Assembly: GCA_043756865.1 (NCBI GenBank)
Contig: JAYUQG010000024.1
Location: forward strand, 27,259 to 91,258
Source: a bacterium
GTDB taxonomy: Bacteria; Patescibacteriota; Minisyncoccia; Phycocordibacterales; UBA6899
DNA: 64,000 nucleotides
Direction of reading: 5' to 3'
In this document: positions 48,060 through 58,018 of the stretch, piece after piece
Numbering within the stretch: position 1 is the first letter of the stretch
Layout: each line of letters starts with the position of its first letter
Made by a program: the position numbers and the translations under genes
Notes under the pieces: generated by a model
What the model was told of the DNA's origin: nothing
The model's database searches: none
The model's input: only the letters and a program-made list of their open reading frames with translations

Positions 48060-49661
48060 ATGCATAAGAAAACTATTTTTTTCGTACTCCTCCTAGTTAT
48101 TGTGGTATTGCTATTTGCATTCAGTACAAAAAAGGATTCCGCCCCGCTCGCACCTGTAGCAACTCCGACGGAAGAGGTGGTGCTTAATAATGGAGATGTA
48201 TATAAAATGACTGCAGGTTATGTAACAAAGGATGTGGGTGGGAAGCCGATGCGCATGCTCGCATACAACGGTTCGATTCCTGGCCCGACCATTCGCGTGA
48301 ATGAGGGGGACGAAGTGACAATTCGTTTTGTAAATAATACTGACATGCCAACCCTGTTTCACTCGCACGGTGTGCGCATGGAGAACAAGTTTGATGGTTC
48401 ACAGTCCGTCCAGTCTGACATTTTGCCAGGTGAGTCATTTGAGTACAAATTGAAGTTCGCTGACCCGGGTGTGATGTGGTATCACCCTCACGTACGTGAA
48501 GACAAACAGCAGAATATGGGACTTTACGGTAACTTCGTGGTTACTCCCAAGGATCCCAATTTTTGGCCACAGGTTGACGGAGAAGAAACGCTCTTCCTTT
48601 CTGATGTTTTAATAGAGGGGGAGCAAATTGCTCCATATAGTGACAAGTTTGTTACACACGCACTCATGGGTCGTTTTGGTAACACACTTCTTGCGAACGG
48701 TGAGGTCTCGCATGTCATAAACGCTGCACCGGGAGAGGTGTATCGCTTGTATGTTACAAACGCCGCAACCGTGAGACCTTTCAACTTTGCTGTGAAGGGG
48801 GCAAAAATGAAGTTGGTTGGTGGTGACAATGGAAGATATGAAAAAGAGACGTTTGTTGAGAGTGTGGTGGTGGCACCCTCGGAGCGTGCCGTACTGGATG
48901 TACATTTCCCTGAAGCAGGTACCTACGCTCTTGAAAACCGTACACCCACGAAGGCCTATGAACTGGGAAGAATTTCCGTGGACGGAACTCGTGTGAGTGT
49001 CGCCAGTGTCACATTCGAAACACTGCGCAACAACCAAGAAGAGATTAAGCTGTTTAGTGGATTGCGCCGCTATCTGACAACTAAACCAGATGAACATATT
49101 ACCCTTACCATGAAGATGGATATGGCAAAGATTATGTCGCATATGGGGAGTGTCGCACCTGAGGGTGGCCATGCACATGGGGGCGCTGCTGCTGCGGGGC
49201 ACGATATGGCAGGAATGGACATGGCGAGTACTTCCGCCCACATGAGTACTCATACTGCAGTCCCGATAGAATGGGAAGATACGATGGGAGATATGAATAC
49301 ATTTTCAACTTCTGATACGGTAACGTGGATTATCAAAGACGTTGTGACTGGAAAGGAAAATATGGATATAAACTGGAAGTTCACACTGGGTTCATACGTA
49401 AAAATTCGCATCGACAACGACCCTAATTCGGGACATCCCATGCAACACCCGGTACATTTCCACGGTAATCGCTTTGCAGTACTTTCCACCAACGGAGTGC
49501 CAAATGACAATATGGTATGGAAAGATACAACACAGCTCAAAACTGGCGAGTCAATCGACATTTTGCTTGAAGTCACAAACCCTGGAATATGGATGGCACA
49601 CTGTCATATTGCCGAGCACATGCATAGTGGCATGATGTTTAATTATACGGTGCAACCGTAG
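48060..49661 (+). CDS. Multicopper oxidase with Met/His-rich insert
   Basis: HSHG, WYHPH, HPVHFHG and HCHIAEHMHSGMM. Confidence 0.95.
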   Translation: MHKKTIFFVLLLVIVVLLFAFSTKKDSAPLAPVATPTEEVVLNNGDVYKMTAGYVTKDVGGKPMRMLAYNGSIPGPTIRVNEGDEVTIRFVNNTDMPTLFHSHGVRMENKFDGSQSVQSDILPGESFEYKLKFADPGVMWYHPHVREDKQQNMGLYGNFVVTPKDPNFWPQVDGEETLFLSDVLIEGEQIAPYSDKFVTHALMGRFGNTLLANGEVSHVINAAPGEVYRLYVTNAATVRPFNFAVKGAKMKLVGGDNGRYEKETFVESVVVAPSERAVLDVHFPEAGTYALENRTPTKAYELGRISVDGTRVSVASVTFETLRNNQEEIKLFSGLRRYLTTKPDEHITLTMKMDMAKIMSHMGSVAPEGGHAHGGAAAAGHDMAGMDMASTSAHMSTHTAVPIEWEDTMGDMNTFSTSDTVTWIIKDVVTGKENMDINWKFTLGSYVKIRIDNDPNSGHPMQHPVHFHGNRFAVLSTNGVPNDNMVWKDTTQLKTGESIDILLEVTNPGIWMAHCHIAEHMHSGMMFNYTVQP

Positions 49662-49769
49662 CATGCTGACTCCTGAGCAGTGTTTTGGTCACACATGCTC
49701 AACTCTGCGTTGTATACAGCACGTCTGTAGTATTGTTTTATTCCTGCTAAAAAAGATATAATTAAGACT

Positions 49770-50972
49770 ATGGCTATTATCGCTTCTGTCGGCTCATCTC
49801 ATGTGTCTGATTCCTTCAGCGCAGGCGCAACCGCATCGCGCGATGCTTTCGAAGGCTTAAAGGGCGCAACACCGTCATTTGGATTCGTATTTTCTTCAAT
49901 AGTATTTGACCAGCAGGAAATGTTACTCGGAGTATATTCGATAGCGCCCGATGTCACATTTATTGGTTGTTCCACTGCAGGAGAGATTACTAATCAGGGC
50001 TCACTCCCTGACTCCTCTGTTGTGGTTATGCTTATTTCCTCCGATAACACGCTTGTGTTTTCGCCCGGTCTCGGAAGGGGGGTCAAGAATGGAGAATTTA
50101 CCGCTGGGGTCGGGCTCGCAGAGTCGATACTCTCGCGTGCAGGAAAGGCACCATTACGCGGATGCATCATGCTCCCAGACGGTCTTGCGGGGAATGGCGC
50201 AGAAATTGTTCGAGGCATGTTAAGTGTCCTCGGGCAACATTTCCCACTGGTTGGAGGCTCTGCAGGAGACGATTATCGCTTCAAGGAAACATATCAATAT
50301 TGGAACGGGGAAGTGCATAGCGGTGACGCAGTCGGGGTTGGGCTTTCAGGAGATTTTACATATGGAGTCGGCGTAAAGCATGGCTGGGGAGTGCTCGGGA
50401 TGCCCTCCAAGGTCACTAAATCCAAAAGCAATGTGATTCACGAAATTGACGGGCGTCCCGCAATGGAACTTTATGAAAAGTATTTTGGCGACAAGGCGAA
50501 AGATTTACGCAATGAAACACTTGCCCAGCTGGCAGTATCGTATCCGCTCGGATTAAAAGTGGAAGGTAGTGAAGAATATCTCATTCGCGACCCGCTGTCC
50601 GTCGATGAGCATGGGTCCATTACATGCGCTGCAGAAGTGCCCGAAGGGGCAGATGTGCGCATTATGATGGGTACACGCAAGAGCGCAATAGACATGGCCC
50701 GCACTGCGGCAAAGCAGGCACTCACCGCTCTTGAGGGAAAGAAACCCAAAGCAATTTTTATTTTTAATTGTATTGCGCGCAAGAAACTGCTCGGTGAGGA
50801 CCGAGGACTTGAAATCACGGCAATTCAAGATGTGCTTGGTAAAGAAGTGCCACTCATCGGGCTCTATACGTATGGAGAACAAGCACCGCTCGATGGAATT
50901 GTGCGCAACATGGAACGATGTAACACGGTGTTTCACAACGAGACAGTAGTGATTTACGTTATCGGGGAGTAG
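49770..50972 (+). CDS. FIST N+C domain protein (copy 1)
   Basis: GCSTAGEI, GGSAGDD, HGW, EIDG.PA, CIAR, YGEQ and FHNET. Confidence 0.92.
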   Translation: MAIIASVGSSHVSDSFSAGATASRDAFEGLKGATPSFGFVFSSIVFDQQEMLLGVYSIAPDVTFIGCSTAGEITNQGSLPDSSVVVMLISSDNTLVFSPGLGRGVKNGEFTAGVGLAESILSRAGKAPLRGCIMLPDGLAGNGAEIVRGMLSVLGQHFPLVGGSAGDDYRFKETYQYWNGEVHSGDAVGVGLSGDFTYGVGVKHGWGVLGMPSKVTKSKSNVIHEIDGRPAMELYEKYFGDKAKDLRNETLAQLAVSYPLGLKVEGSEEYLIRDPLSVDEHGSITCAAEVPEGADVRIMMGTRKSAIDMARTAAKQALTALEGKKPKAIFIFNCIARKKLLGEDRGLEITAIQDVLGKEVPLIGLYTYGEQAPLDGIVRNMERCNTVFHNETVVIYVIGE

Positions 50973-51045
50973 TTACACGGCGGTCCTTCAGTGTATGCAC
51001 CACATCTACTTTCGCATTTTAGAAAAATGTATATAATTAATTTAT

Positions 51046-52251
51046 ATGGCCATATTTGCTTCAGTCGGTTCATCACACGAATTTGATTCGTTCAGCGCAG
51101 GTGCGACTGCATCACGCATTGCAAAAGAGGGATTGAAGGACGCCGTACCCTCATTTGGTTTTGTATTTGCATCGACGAAGTTTGATCAGCAGGAAATGTT
51201 GCGCGGAGTGTATTCGATAGCGCCCGACGTCACATTCATCGGCTGTTCATCAGCGGGAGAAATTACCAATAGCGGTCCGCTGCAAGATCCGTCAGTCGTA
51301 GTGATGATGATCTCGGGAGGAAACACACTTTCGTTCGCACCGGGAATTGGCACGAACATTAAAGGCGGAGAGTTTGATGCGGGAGCAGCACTCGCAGACT
51401 CTATACTTGCAAGAGCGGGGAAAGCACCTCTTACGGGGTGTATCATGTTTTCAGACGGTGTTGCCGGCAACGGCGCAGAAATTGTGCGTGGGGCGCTGAG
51501 TGTGCTTGGTGACACCTTTCCTTTGGTGGGAGGTTCAGCGGGTGATGATTTTCAATTCAAGAAAACATATCAGTACTGGAATGGCGAGCCACATACGGGA
51601 GACACTGTCGGTGTCGGTCTTTCTGGAGACTTCGTTTTTGGAGTGGGCGTGAAGCATGGCTGGGGAGTACTTGGACGTCCCGCAAAAGTAACAAAATCCG
51701 AGAATAACATTGTGCATGAGATTGATGGCAAGCCCGCGTTTGAGCTCTATGAAAAATATTTTGGGGTGGAGAGGGCGAAGCAGTTGCGGGAGGGGAACCT
51801 CGCTCAGTTTGCTGTTTCATACCCACTTGGTATTAAATCGAAAGAAACTGACGACTATCTATTGCGTGCACCATTTTCTGTAGATGCAAATGGTGCCATT
51901 GCGTGTACCGCAGAGATTCCCGAAGGCGCAGACGTGCGTATCATGATGGGTACACGGGAGACCGCAATTGAGATGGCGCGCACTGCGGCACAACAGGCGC
52001 TTACTGCACTTGGCGGCAAGAAGCCTGTAGCGATTTTTATTTTCAATTGTATTGCGCGTCGCAAACTACTGGGCGAAGACGGTGGGCTTGAAATTGCCGC
52101 AATCCAAGATGTGCTTGGCAAGGACGTACCGCTTGCTGGTCTCTATACCTATGGCGAGCAGGCACCACTTGATGGCATCGTGCGGCACATGGAACGGTGC
52201 AATAATGTCTTTCATAACGAAACAGTAGTGATTTACGTCATAGGAGAGTAG
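51046..52251 (+). CDS. FIST N+C domain protein (copy 2, tandem paralogue)
   Basis: Same motifs; long near-identical blocks with copy 1. Confidence 0.92.
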   Translation: MAIFASVGSSHEFDSFSAGATASRIAKEGLKDAVPSFGFVFASTKFDQQEMLRGVYSIAPDVTFIGCSSAGEITNSGPLQDPSVVVMMISGGNTLSFAPGIGTNIKGGEFDAGAALADSILARAGKAPLTGCIMFSDGVAGNGAEIVRGALSVLGDTFPLVGGSAGDDFQFKKTYQYWNGEPHTGDTVGVGLSGDFVFGVGVKHGWGVLGRPAKVTKSENNIVHEIDGKPAFELYEKYFGVERAKQLREGNLAQFAVSYPLGIKSKETDDYLLRAPFSVDANGAIACTAEIPEGADVRIMMGTRETAIEMARTAAQQALTALGGKKPVAIFIFNCIARRKLLGEDGGLEIAAIQDVLGKDVPLAGLYTYGEQAPLDGIVRHMERCNNVFHNETVVIYVIGE

Positions 52252-52324
52252 TGCTCATAAATACAAAAACGCACAAGCCCAAGCTTGTGCGTTTTTCGTA
52301 ACAACTACGAGTCCACCTATTTCC

Positions 52325-52669
52325 TCACTTGGAACAGCCCGAAAGTTCCGCGAGCGATTCAAGCGATTGTGCTCCGAGTGTGCGTTTGCCGCTACTGTGT
52401 TCCCATGTCGGTAAGTATTTGACCCCTTGTTCGGTGCAAAGTGCATTTTTCTGCATGCTTCCTTCTGGGAAGCATGCGACTATATCCGCCTGTACACCAG
52501 CATCGCTCAGTGTTTTAAGCTGTGCCTTACAGTATGGACACCACCATGCCGTATAAAACTTCATTCCTGAAGTAGTCAGACACTTACTGAGCGCCTCGGG
52601 TTGAATGGGTAAGGCTAGGGCGGGGCCAATAAGCGCCATGGAAAGAGAGAGTGTGGCAAGCAATCGCAT
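52325..52669 (-). CDS. Exported thioredoxin/glutaredoxin-like protein
   Basis: Signal peptide, WWCPYC, C...GV..LPTW and C-terminal SGC. Confidence 0.8.
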   Translation of the reverse strand: MRLLATLSLSMALIGPALALPIQPEALSKCLTTSGMKFYTAWWCPYCKAQLKTLSDAGVQADIVACFPEGSMQKNALCTEQGVKYLPTWEHSSGKRTLGAQSLESLAELSGCSK

Positions 52670-52722
52670 ATTGATACCTTGAGTGACACCTCGCCCCACT
52701 CTAGGGGCAATCACGCATTAAT

Positions 52723-53637
52723 TCAAGTATGCAGGGTGCTTTGTCTATCGTAGATGCGCTTTCTGCCTTTTCCTGCTGAGAGATTTGTATATTTGCGGAA
52801 TTCACATCCGACACCTTCCCAGTTTTCGGCAGACAGATGTAATGGTTTCCCGTGAATAGTAACCCCAGTAGTAAATGGCATGCGCGCAAGTTCGGTGACA
52901 AGGATTGTGGGGTCTTTCGCCGGGTTTAGATTTTTAAATGTGGGCAGGGCACCCGGACCGATCGGAAATCGACCAAAGAGGTCAATGTATTCGGGGAATT
53001 GATATGCCACATCAATCAATACCTCTGTCCAGAGAAATGTGAGATTGTGTCCAAAAACGGGAAGTATATCTCTGACTCCATCATAGACGGTGCGTTTGTT
53101 CCACGTGCGAATAATTGCACCCACCTCGGGGATACGGCTCGGCACATATGTAGTGAGAAAAAGTTCTCTCGTCGGTGTGGCACTTCGGAGGATTGTGCTC
53201 ACGGGGAATACATAGGGCGTGCCATATCGAGGTCGCGGGGATTTCATCAATCGCTCATACAGCTCTGCGTTTTCTCTTTTCTCGAGCGCCAGCAAGCCCA
53301 CCGTGTTGATAGTCTCTGTACGGGCCACCATGCGGCAATAAAACATATTGATGAGCCAAAGTGGAAAGTTGTCGCGTAGGGGATTGAGCATTGTGTGAAA
53401 CTCAATTGTTTGTCGATCGAACTCACGGAAGATATTGCAGAATCGATACTTGGCAAGAATGTGGTCATCCGTATATGGAGATGATTTGCCGGAAACTTTT
53501 TGTTCCCATATGCGCATACGTTCGCGGACAAACCACGCAAGGTCATTAGGAATAGTCTGCTTCAGTGGGTGTAATGTCGGCGTAGTGTGCCCTTCCCAGT
53601 GTCGGTAAAGAGAGATGAGGTCAGAGGGGAGTTCCAT
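52723..53637 (-). CDS. 5-hmdU DNA kinase helical domain / aGPT-pyrophosphorylase-1-like protein
   Basis: FVRERMRIW..K......YTDDHILAKYRFCNIFREFDR, EV.IDV.Y, GPGA and E..GCEFRKY. Confidence 0.75.
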   Translation of the reverse strand: MELPSDLISLYRHWEGHTTPTLHPLKQTIPNDLAWFVRERMRIWEQKVSGKSSPYTDDHILAKYRFCNIFREFDRQTIEFHTMLNPLRDNFPLWLINMFYCRMVARTETINTVGLLALEKRENAELYERLMKSPRPRYGTPYVFPVSTILRSATPTRELFLTTYVPSRIPEVGAIIRTWNKRTVYDGVRDILPVFGHNLTFLWTEVLIDVAYQFPEYIDLFGRFPIGPGALPTFKNLNPAKDPTILVTELARMPFTTGVTIHGKPLHLSAENWEGVGCEFRKYTNLSAGKGRKRIYDRQSTLHT

Positions 53638-53783
53638 AAAGTGTTGTGCCCATTCTATCTTTCATTCTGGAGTATTCCAGTCCAGTTCACGGTTTCTTCG
53701 CATTTGCTTGTTATACTCTGTTCAGTCACTAGTCACAATAATCCATTGTGTTCATTATAAAATTTAAATAATTATCTACTCGT

Positions 53784-54686
53784 ATGCAAAAAATAGTTCC
53801 ACACTTGTGGTTTGATAAAGAAGCTAAGGAGGCTGCTGAATTCTACACCTCGTTATTTCCACATTCAAAAATCACCAATGTTACCACTCTGCATGGAACG
53901 CCATCTGGGGATTGTGACATAGTATCTTTTGATCTGTGGGGGTATTCATTTATGTCAATCAGTGCTGGCCCGTTATTTAAATTTAATCCCACCATATCTT
54001 TCATGGTCAATTTTGATCCATCGAAAGACAAGGACGCGAAGACTCAAATTGATGCTGTGTGGGCTAAGCTTTTGGAAGGCGGGAAGGTGCTCATGCCCTT
54101 GGGAGAGTACCCTTTTAGCGAACGGTATGGCTGGGTAGAGGATAAATATGGGCTGACATGGCAGCTCATACTTACCAAGCCAGAGGGTGAAGAGCGTCCT
54201 CACATCATCCCCTCTCTCCTGTTCGTCGGGGACGTGTGCGGTAAAGCAAAGGAGGCCTCTGACTTTTACATTTCAGTATTTAACGAATCAAGGCGTGGGG
54301 CAATTGCTTATTATCCGGACGGCATGGAGCCTGACAAGAAGGGAGCAGTCATGTTTACCGACTTCACACTCGAAGACGGATGGTTTGCAGCAATGGACAG
54401 TGCTCGTATGCATGATTTCAGTTTCAATGAAGCGGTTTCACTTATCGTAAATTGCGATACGCAAGAAGAAATTGACCATTATTGGGAAAAACTTTCTGCG
54501 GTCCCTGAATCAGAACAATGCGGATGGCTAAAAGATAAGTATGGCGTGTCATGGCAGATTGTTCCGACTGCGATGAAGAGGATGATGGAAAGTGGTGACA
54601 AACAAAAGATGGCGCGCGTCACGCAGGCGTTTCTTCAGATGAAAAAGTTCGATATTACTGCGCTTGAGCAGGCGTATGCGGGATAA
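53784..54686 (+). CDS. VOC family protein (PhnB-like), tandem domains
   Basis: KIVPHLWFD, GWVEDKYGLTWQ, CGWLKDKYGVSWQIVP and MKKFDI. Confidence 0.92.
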   Translation: MQKIVPHLWFDKEAKEAAEFYTSLFPHSKITNVTTLHGTPSGDCDIVSFDLWGYSFMSISAGPLFKFNPTISFMVNFDPSKDKDAKTQIDAVWAKLLEGGKVLMPLGEYPFSERYGWVEDKYGLTWQLILTKPEGEERPHIIPSLLFVGDVCGKAKEASDFYISVFNESRRGAIAYYPDGMEPDKKGAVMFTDFTLEDGWFAAMDSARMHDFSFNEAVSLIVNCDTQEEIDHYWEKLSAVPESEQCGWLKDKYGVSWQIVPTAMKRMMESGDKQKMARVTQAFLQMKKFDITALEQAYAG

Positions 54687-54722
54687 TAACAGTAAAACAA
54701 GCGCAAAACAGTTGTAACACGC

Positions 54723-55244
54723 CTAACCTCGCGCCCTCAATAAGAGATCGCTATACGAATCTGCCAACAAGTTTGTAGTGGGGATTGCAAAAAGTTCGAG
54801 GTAGTACGCACATTGTGCGAGTAACTGCTCTTTCCCGATAGTGCCGTCCATGTCGATTGCTTCTATTTCTACAAATGTACCCAAATCTTCAACGGAATCG
54901 AGATGAAATTTTACGTTCGCAATATAGTAAATCTCGCGCTGTTTATCAACTGTCACCAACGCTCCGAGAGACTTAAGGAGAATCTCTTTCAGTGTTGACG
55001 CGGGGTCAGCAGCGAACAGTGTGACGTGTGATTGCTTGGGGCCCTCGATATTTTCTCGTTCATAGTGAATAAGATAATTCTCTATATTTCCTTCTCGGAG
55101 TTTGAGTCTGCCTGAGCGGATGTTGAAGTAGGTGTCTATTTGACGGTCGACTCCCTTAAACTCCGCTTGTTCTGCGCGGAGAATTTCTCGGATTGCGTTT
55201 TGATCTGCGCACTGCGCTTTGATTTCTACGTTGAGGTGGGGCAT
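54723..55244 (-). CDS. CYTH domain protein (class IV adenylate cyclase-like)
   Basis: NVEIKA, QIDTYF, RLKLRE, K.REIY and LGTFVEIE. Confidence 0.9.
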   Translation of the reverse strand: MPHLNVEIKAQCADQNAIREILRAEQAEFKGVDRQIDTYFNIRSGRLKLREGNIENYLIHYERENIEGPKQSHVTLFAADPASTLKEILLKSLGALVTVDKQREIYYIANVKFHLDSVEDLGTFVEIEAIDMDGTIGKEQLLAQCAYYLELFAIPTTNLLADSYSDLLLRARG

Positions 55245-55284
55245 GGGGATATTGTAGCATTGCTACCCGCCTCTCGAGTTGTTG

Positions 55285-55438
55285 CGGAGGCATTGGGAAT
55301 TTCGACCCTTACAGGGTCAGTACCCCTTTCCCATTTACTCAGGATAAGAATCCTTCATAAATATGGGAGAAGGGCTTCGAATCCCACACGCAAGCAAAGC
55401 AGTTTGCTTGCTCGTCTCCGTTTCTCGAAGACTCAAAA
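55285..55438 (-). repeat. Structured trailer of tRNA-Ser with antisense and sense copies of its 3' end
   Basis: CGGAGACG-[hairpin]-GTGGGATTCGAA, CCCATAT..ATGGG core, then GAAATTCCCAATGCCTCCG. Confidence 0.75.
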
Positions 55439-55525
55439 CGGAGACGGTGGGATTCGAACCCACGGGGGAATTTACTCCCCGCCTCGTTAGCAGTGAGGTA
55501 CTTTAGACCACTCAGCCACGTCTCC
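55439..55525 (-). tRNA. tRNA-Ser, anticodon GCU (CCA not encoded)
   Basis: Acceptor GGAGACG/CGTCTCC, loop CTGCTAA, long variable arm, GTGGG-TTCGAAT-CCCAC, G discriminator. Confidence 0.93.
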
Positions 55526-55606
55526 ATATATATAGTACATCCGCCAAGTGCAGAGGTACGTGTTGCTAACTTAGCACAAAACTATTATTTTTCAAAAAAT
55601 CCCCCA

Positions 55607-56068
55607 TTAGGGGGACGGCGAAAGGAGTGCGTTTCTCCAGAGTACGAAGTTGCGTGCTGTAGGCGCTCTCCCTTTTGCGCGGATGTATTTGCCGTAGAAA
55701 TCCCATTCTGAGACAAATTCCTCAACGCGTCCAAGGAAAACCGGAATACCTTTTTTGGTTGCATGTTGCGCTTCGAAGTCGGCTCCGCGCGATTCGCCTG
55801 GAAGGCGTATCATCACGTCACATTTTTCAAGCCAAATGAAATCGAGACGAATCCAGTCGTGATATGGTCGATTACACTTGAAATGCCAGAAGTGGGTGAG
55901 GTGGGGGATATGCGGGATGAAGTTATTGTTGAAGAGCACGTTCGCCTGCTCTATTGCAAAGCCGGTGTTGATTGCGGGGTCAGGCTTTGTGTAGGGTCCG
56001 GCGACATAGACGGTTCCGTTGTGCGGAATGTCTGCCCGCATTAGGTCATCCAAAGAGTACGTGGACAT
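55607..56068 (-). CDS. DUF4406/DUF1937-like protein (nucleoside deoxyribosyltransferase-like fold)
   Basis: VYVAGPYT, PH, CD...RLPGESRGADFE and GIPVF. Confidence 0.7.
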   Translation of the reverse strand: MSTYSLDDLMRADIPHNGTVYVAGPYTKPDPAINTGFAIEQANVLFNNNFIPHIPHLTHFWHFKCNRPYHDWIRLDFIWLEKCDVMIRLPGESRGADFEAQHATKKGIPVFLGRVEEFVSEWDFYGKYIRAKGRAPTARNFVLWRNALLSPSP

Positions 56069-56145
56069 GGGGGTCCTCCAGATATCTTTGTCTAATCTAA
56101 TCGTGCAGAGGGTATCGGTCAATGAGCACCATCCTACGTGTGTAC

Positions 56146-56793
56146 TTAGTGTGCGACAGCAATTGCGAGCACGCGCTTTGGGCCGTGGGATTTGATGGCC
56201 TTGCGCGCCTCCGCAATTGTCGCGCCTGTGGTGATGACGTCGTCGATAAGAATGACCGTTTTTCCGACAAGATATGCGCCATGCTGCACCGCGAAGATTC
56301 CCGCCACGTTTTCTTGGCGACCTATTTTGCTCCGCGCTCGCGCCTGCTGAGTATTTTCTTTTGTTTTAAAAAGAATGTCTCCGCGCACGACAAGTGTCAT
56401 GTGGTCTTTTTCTGCACAGCGTGCAATTGCCTGCGCAATGATTCTCGCGTGATTATAGCCTCGCGTTGCGACGGCCTTTTTGCTTGCGGGAACCGGAATG
56501 AGCACGATTTCATCGTTTTTGCCCTCTCCGCGACGTGCGAGCTGTTTGAAAAATTCTCTATACAAAGCGGTGCCGAAGTAATTACCCAACGCGCGTTTGC
56601 GATGGTATTTTAAAGCCCAAACTGCCTTTTTGACGAGGGGGTTCTTGTAGTCGAATAGGGCAGCAACAGTGCCAGAAAGTGCCTGTGGCTTCGTTGTAAT
56701 AGTGCGCTCGCAGATGGCGCACAGCACGCTCCCTTTCTTGTCGCAGCTAATACAGCGCTCTGGGAAAAGTAATGAAATAAGGTCGTCCCACAT
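56146..56793 (-). CDS. comF: ComF family competence protein (zinc ribbon plus PRTase domain)
   Basis: LFP..C..C......C..C, LKY, IPVP, RGYN and LIDDVITTGAT. Confidence 0.9.
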   Translation of the reverse strand: MWDDLISLLFPERCISCDKKGSVLCAICERTITTKPQALSGTVAALFDYKNPLVKKAVWALKYHRKRALGNYFGTALYREFFKQLARRGEGKNDEIVLIPVPASKKAVATRGYNHARIIAQAIARCAEKDHMTLVVRGDILFKTKENTQQARARSKIGRQENVAGIFAVQHGAYLVGKTVILIDDVITTGATIAEARKAIKSHGPKRVLAIAVAH

Positions 56794-56902
56794 ATGTAGC
56801 AACAGTCTACCTTCCTTTGTCGTACCCGCAAACGTGCGTACGCGGTGCGACCGTGGAAGCGCGTATTCACTATAGGATTTCGAGTGTGGTATGATGTGTG
56901 CA

Positions 56903-58018
56903 ATGCTAAATGCCTTTGAAAAGATTCTTGCAAAACTACTTCCCAAAAAAGGAACCGGTGCCGTTGTGGGTGTCGATATTGGGAGTTCGTTTATTAAGGC
57001 TGTGCAGTTGCACAAAAAAGCAGGCAAGGCCGTGCTTGATACCTATGGCGAAATTGCCCTCGGACCACTTGCGGGACTTGAGGTAGGACAGGCCACCAAT
57101 CTTTCCGCCGACAAACTGGCAGATGCAATCAAAGATCTTTTTGTAGAAGCAAAGATTGTAAGCCGTGATGTTGTCTTTTCGCTCCCGCTTACATCGACAC
57201 TTGTCACCGTAATTGAAATGCCTGACCTCGGTGAATCAAAACTCAAAGAGATGATTCCTCTTGAGGCACGCAAGTATATTCCCACCTCAGTTTCAGAGGT
57301 GTCACTTTCGCACTGGATTATTCCTCGCCTTGTCCGCTCATATGTAGACCCTGATGTCGAAGATGCCCAAAAGCGTTCTGCGCCCAAAGTTGATGTGCTT
57401 TTGGCTGCGGTGCACAACGATGTGCTTGCAAAATATAGCGACATCGCGAAAAAGGTTGGGGCAACCACCGTCACATTTGAGATTGAGATTTTTTCTACCA
57501 TTCGCTCTACTATGGGGCGCGATACTGCCGCTACGATGATTGTCGACATAGGTGCCGCAAACACAAAAGTAGCTGTTATCGAAGAGGGAATCGTGCGAAG
57601 CTCTAACCTCTTTAATGTCGGTTCACAGGATGTCACATTGGCACTCTCCCGATCAAAAGGCATTTCAATTCTTCAAGCAGAGGAGATTAAGCGTGAATTT
57701 GGGCTCCCTGGAGATCCTTCCGACCCTGCAGTTTCCGAAATAACCCGCCTTGCTGTTGAGCGTATTTTCGCCGAAGCAAATCGCGTCCTCATCAGGTATC
57801 AGCACGATAAGCGTGTTTCAATTGGCAAGGTTATACTCACGGGCGGAGGTGCAATGATGAAGGGGATTATGGATCTTGCGCGCACGAGCTTTGAAACAAC
57901 CGTGGTGTATGGCAATGCTTTTGAAAAGGTAGAAGCACCCGCGGTTCTTGAGCCCTTACTGAAAGAAGCAGGTCCCGAGTTTGCTGTTGCAATCGGCCTC
58001 GCCCTTCGCAAGCTTTAG
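56903..58018 (+). CDS. pilM: Type IV pilus assembly protein PilM
   Basis: VGVDIGSSFIK, EARKYIP, VDIGA, ILTGGG and AVAIGLALR. Confidence 0.92.
   Translation: MLNAFEKILAKLLPKKGTGAVVGVDIGSSFIKAVQLHKKAGKAVLDTYGEIALGPLAGLEVGQATNLSADKLADAIKDLFVEAKIVSRDVVFSLPLTSTLVTVIEMPDLGESKLKEMIPLEARKYIPTSVSEVSLSHWIIPRLVRSYVDPDVEDAQKRSAPKVDVLLAAVHNDVLAKYSDIAKKVGATTVTFEIEIFSTIRSTMGRDTAATMIVDIGAANTKVAVIEEGIVRSSNLFNVGSQDVTLALSRSKGISILQAEEIKREFGLPGDPSDPAVSEITRLAVERIFAEANRVLIRYQHDKRVSIGKVILTGGGAMMKGIMDLARTSFETTVVYGNAFEKVEAPAVLEPLLKEAGPEFAVAIGLALRKL

Noticed and set aside
56794-57027. Long N-terminal extension of comF in the ORF track
   Set aside because: It overlaps pilM on the other strand; the family pattern starts at MWDDLISLLFP (56793)
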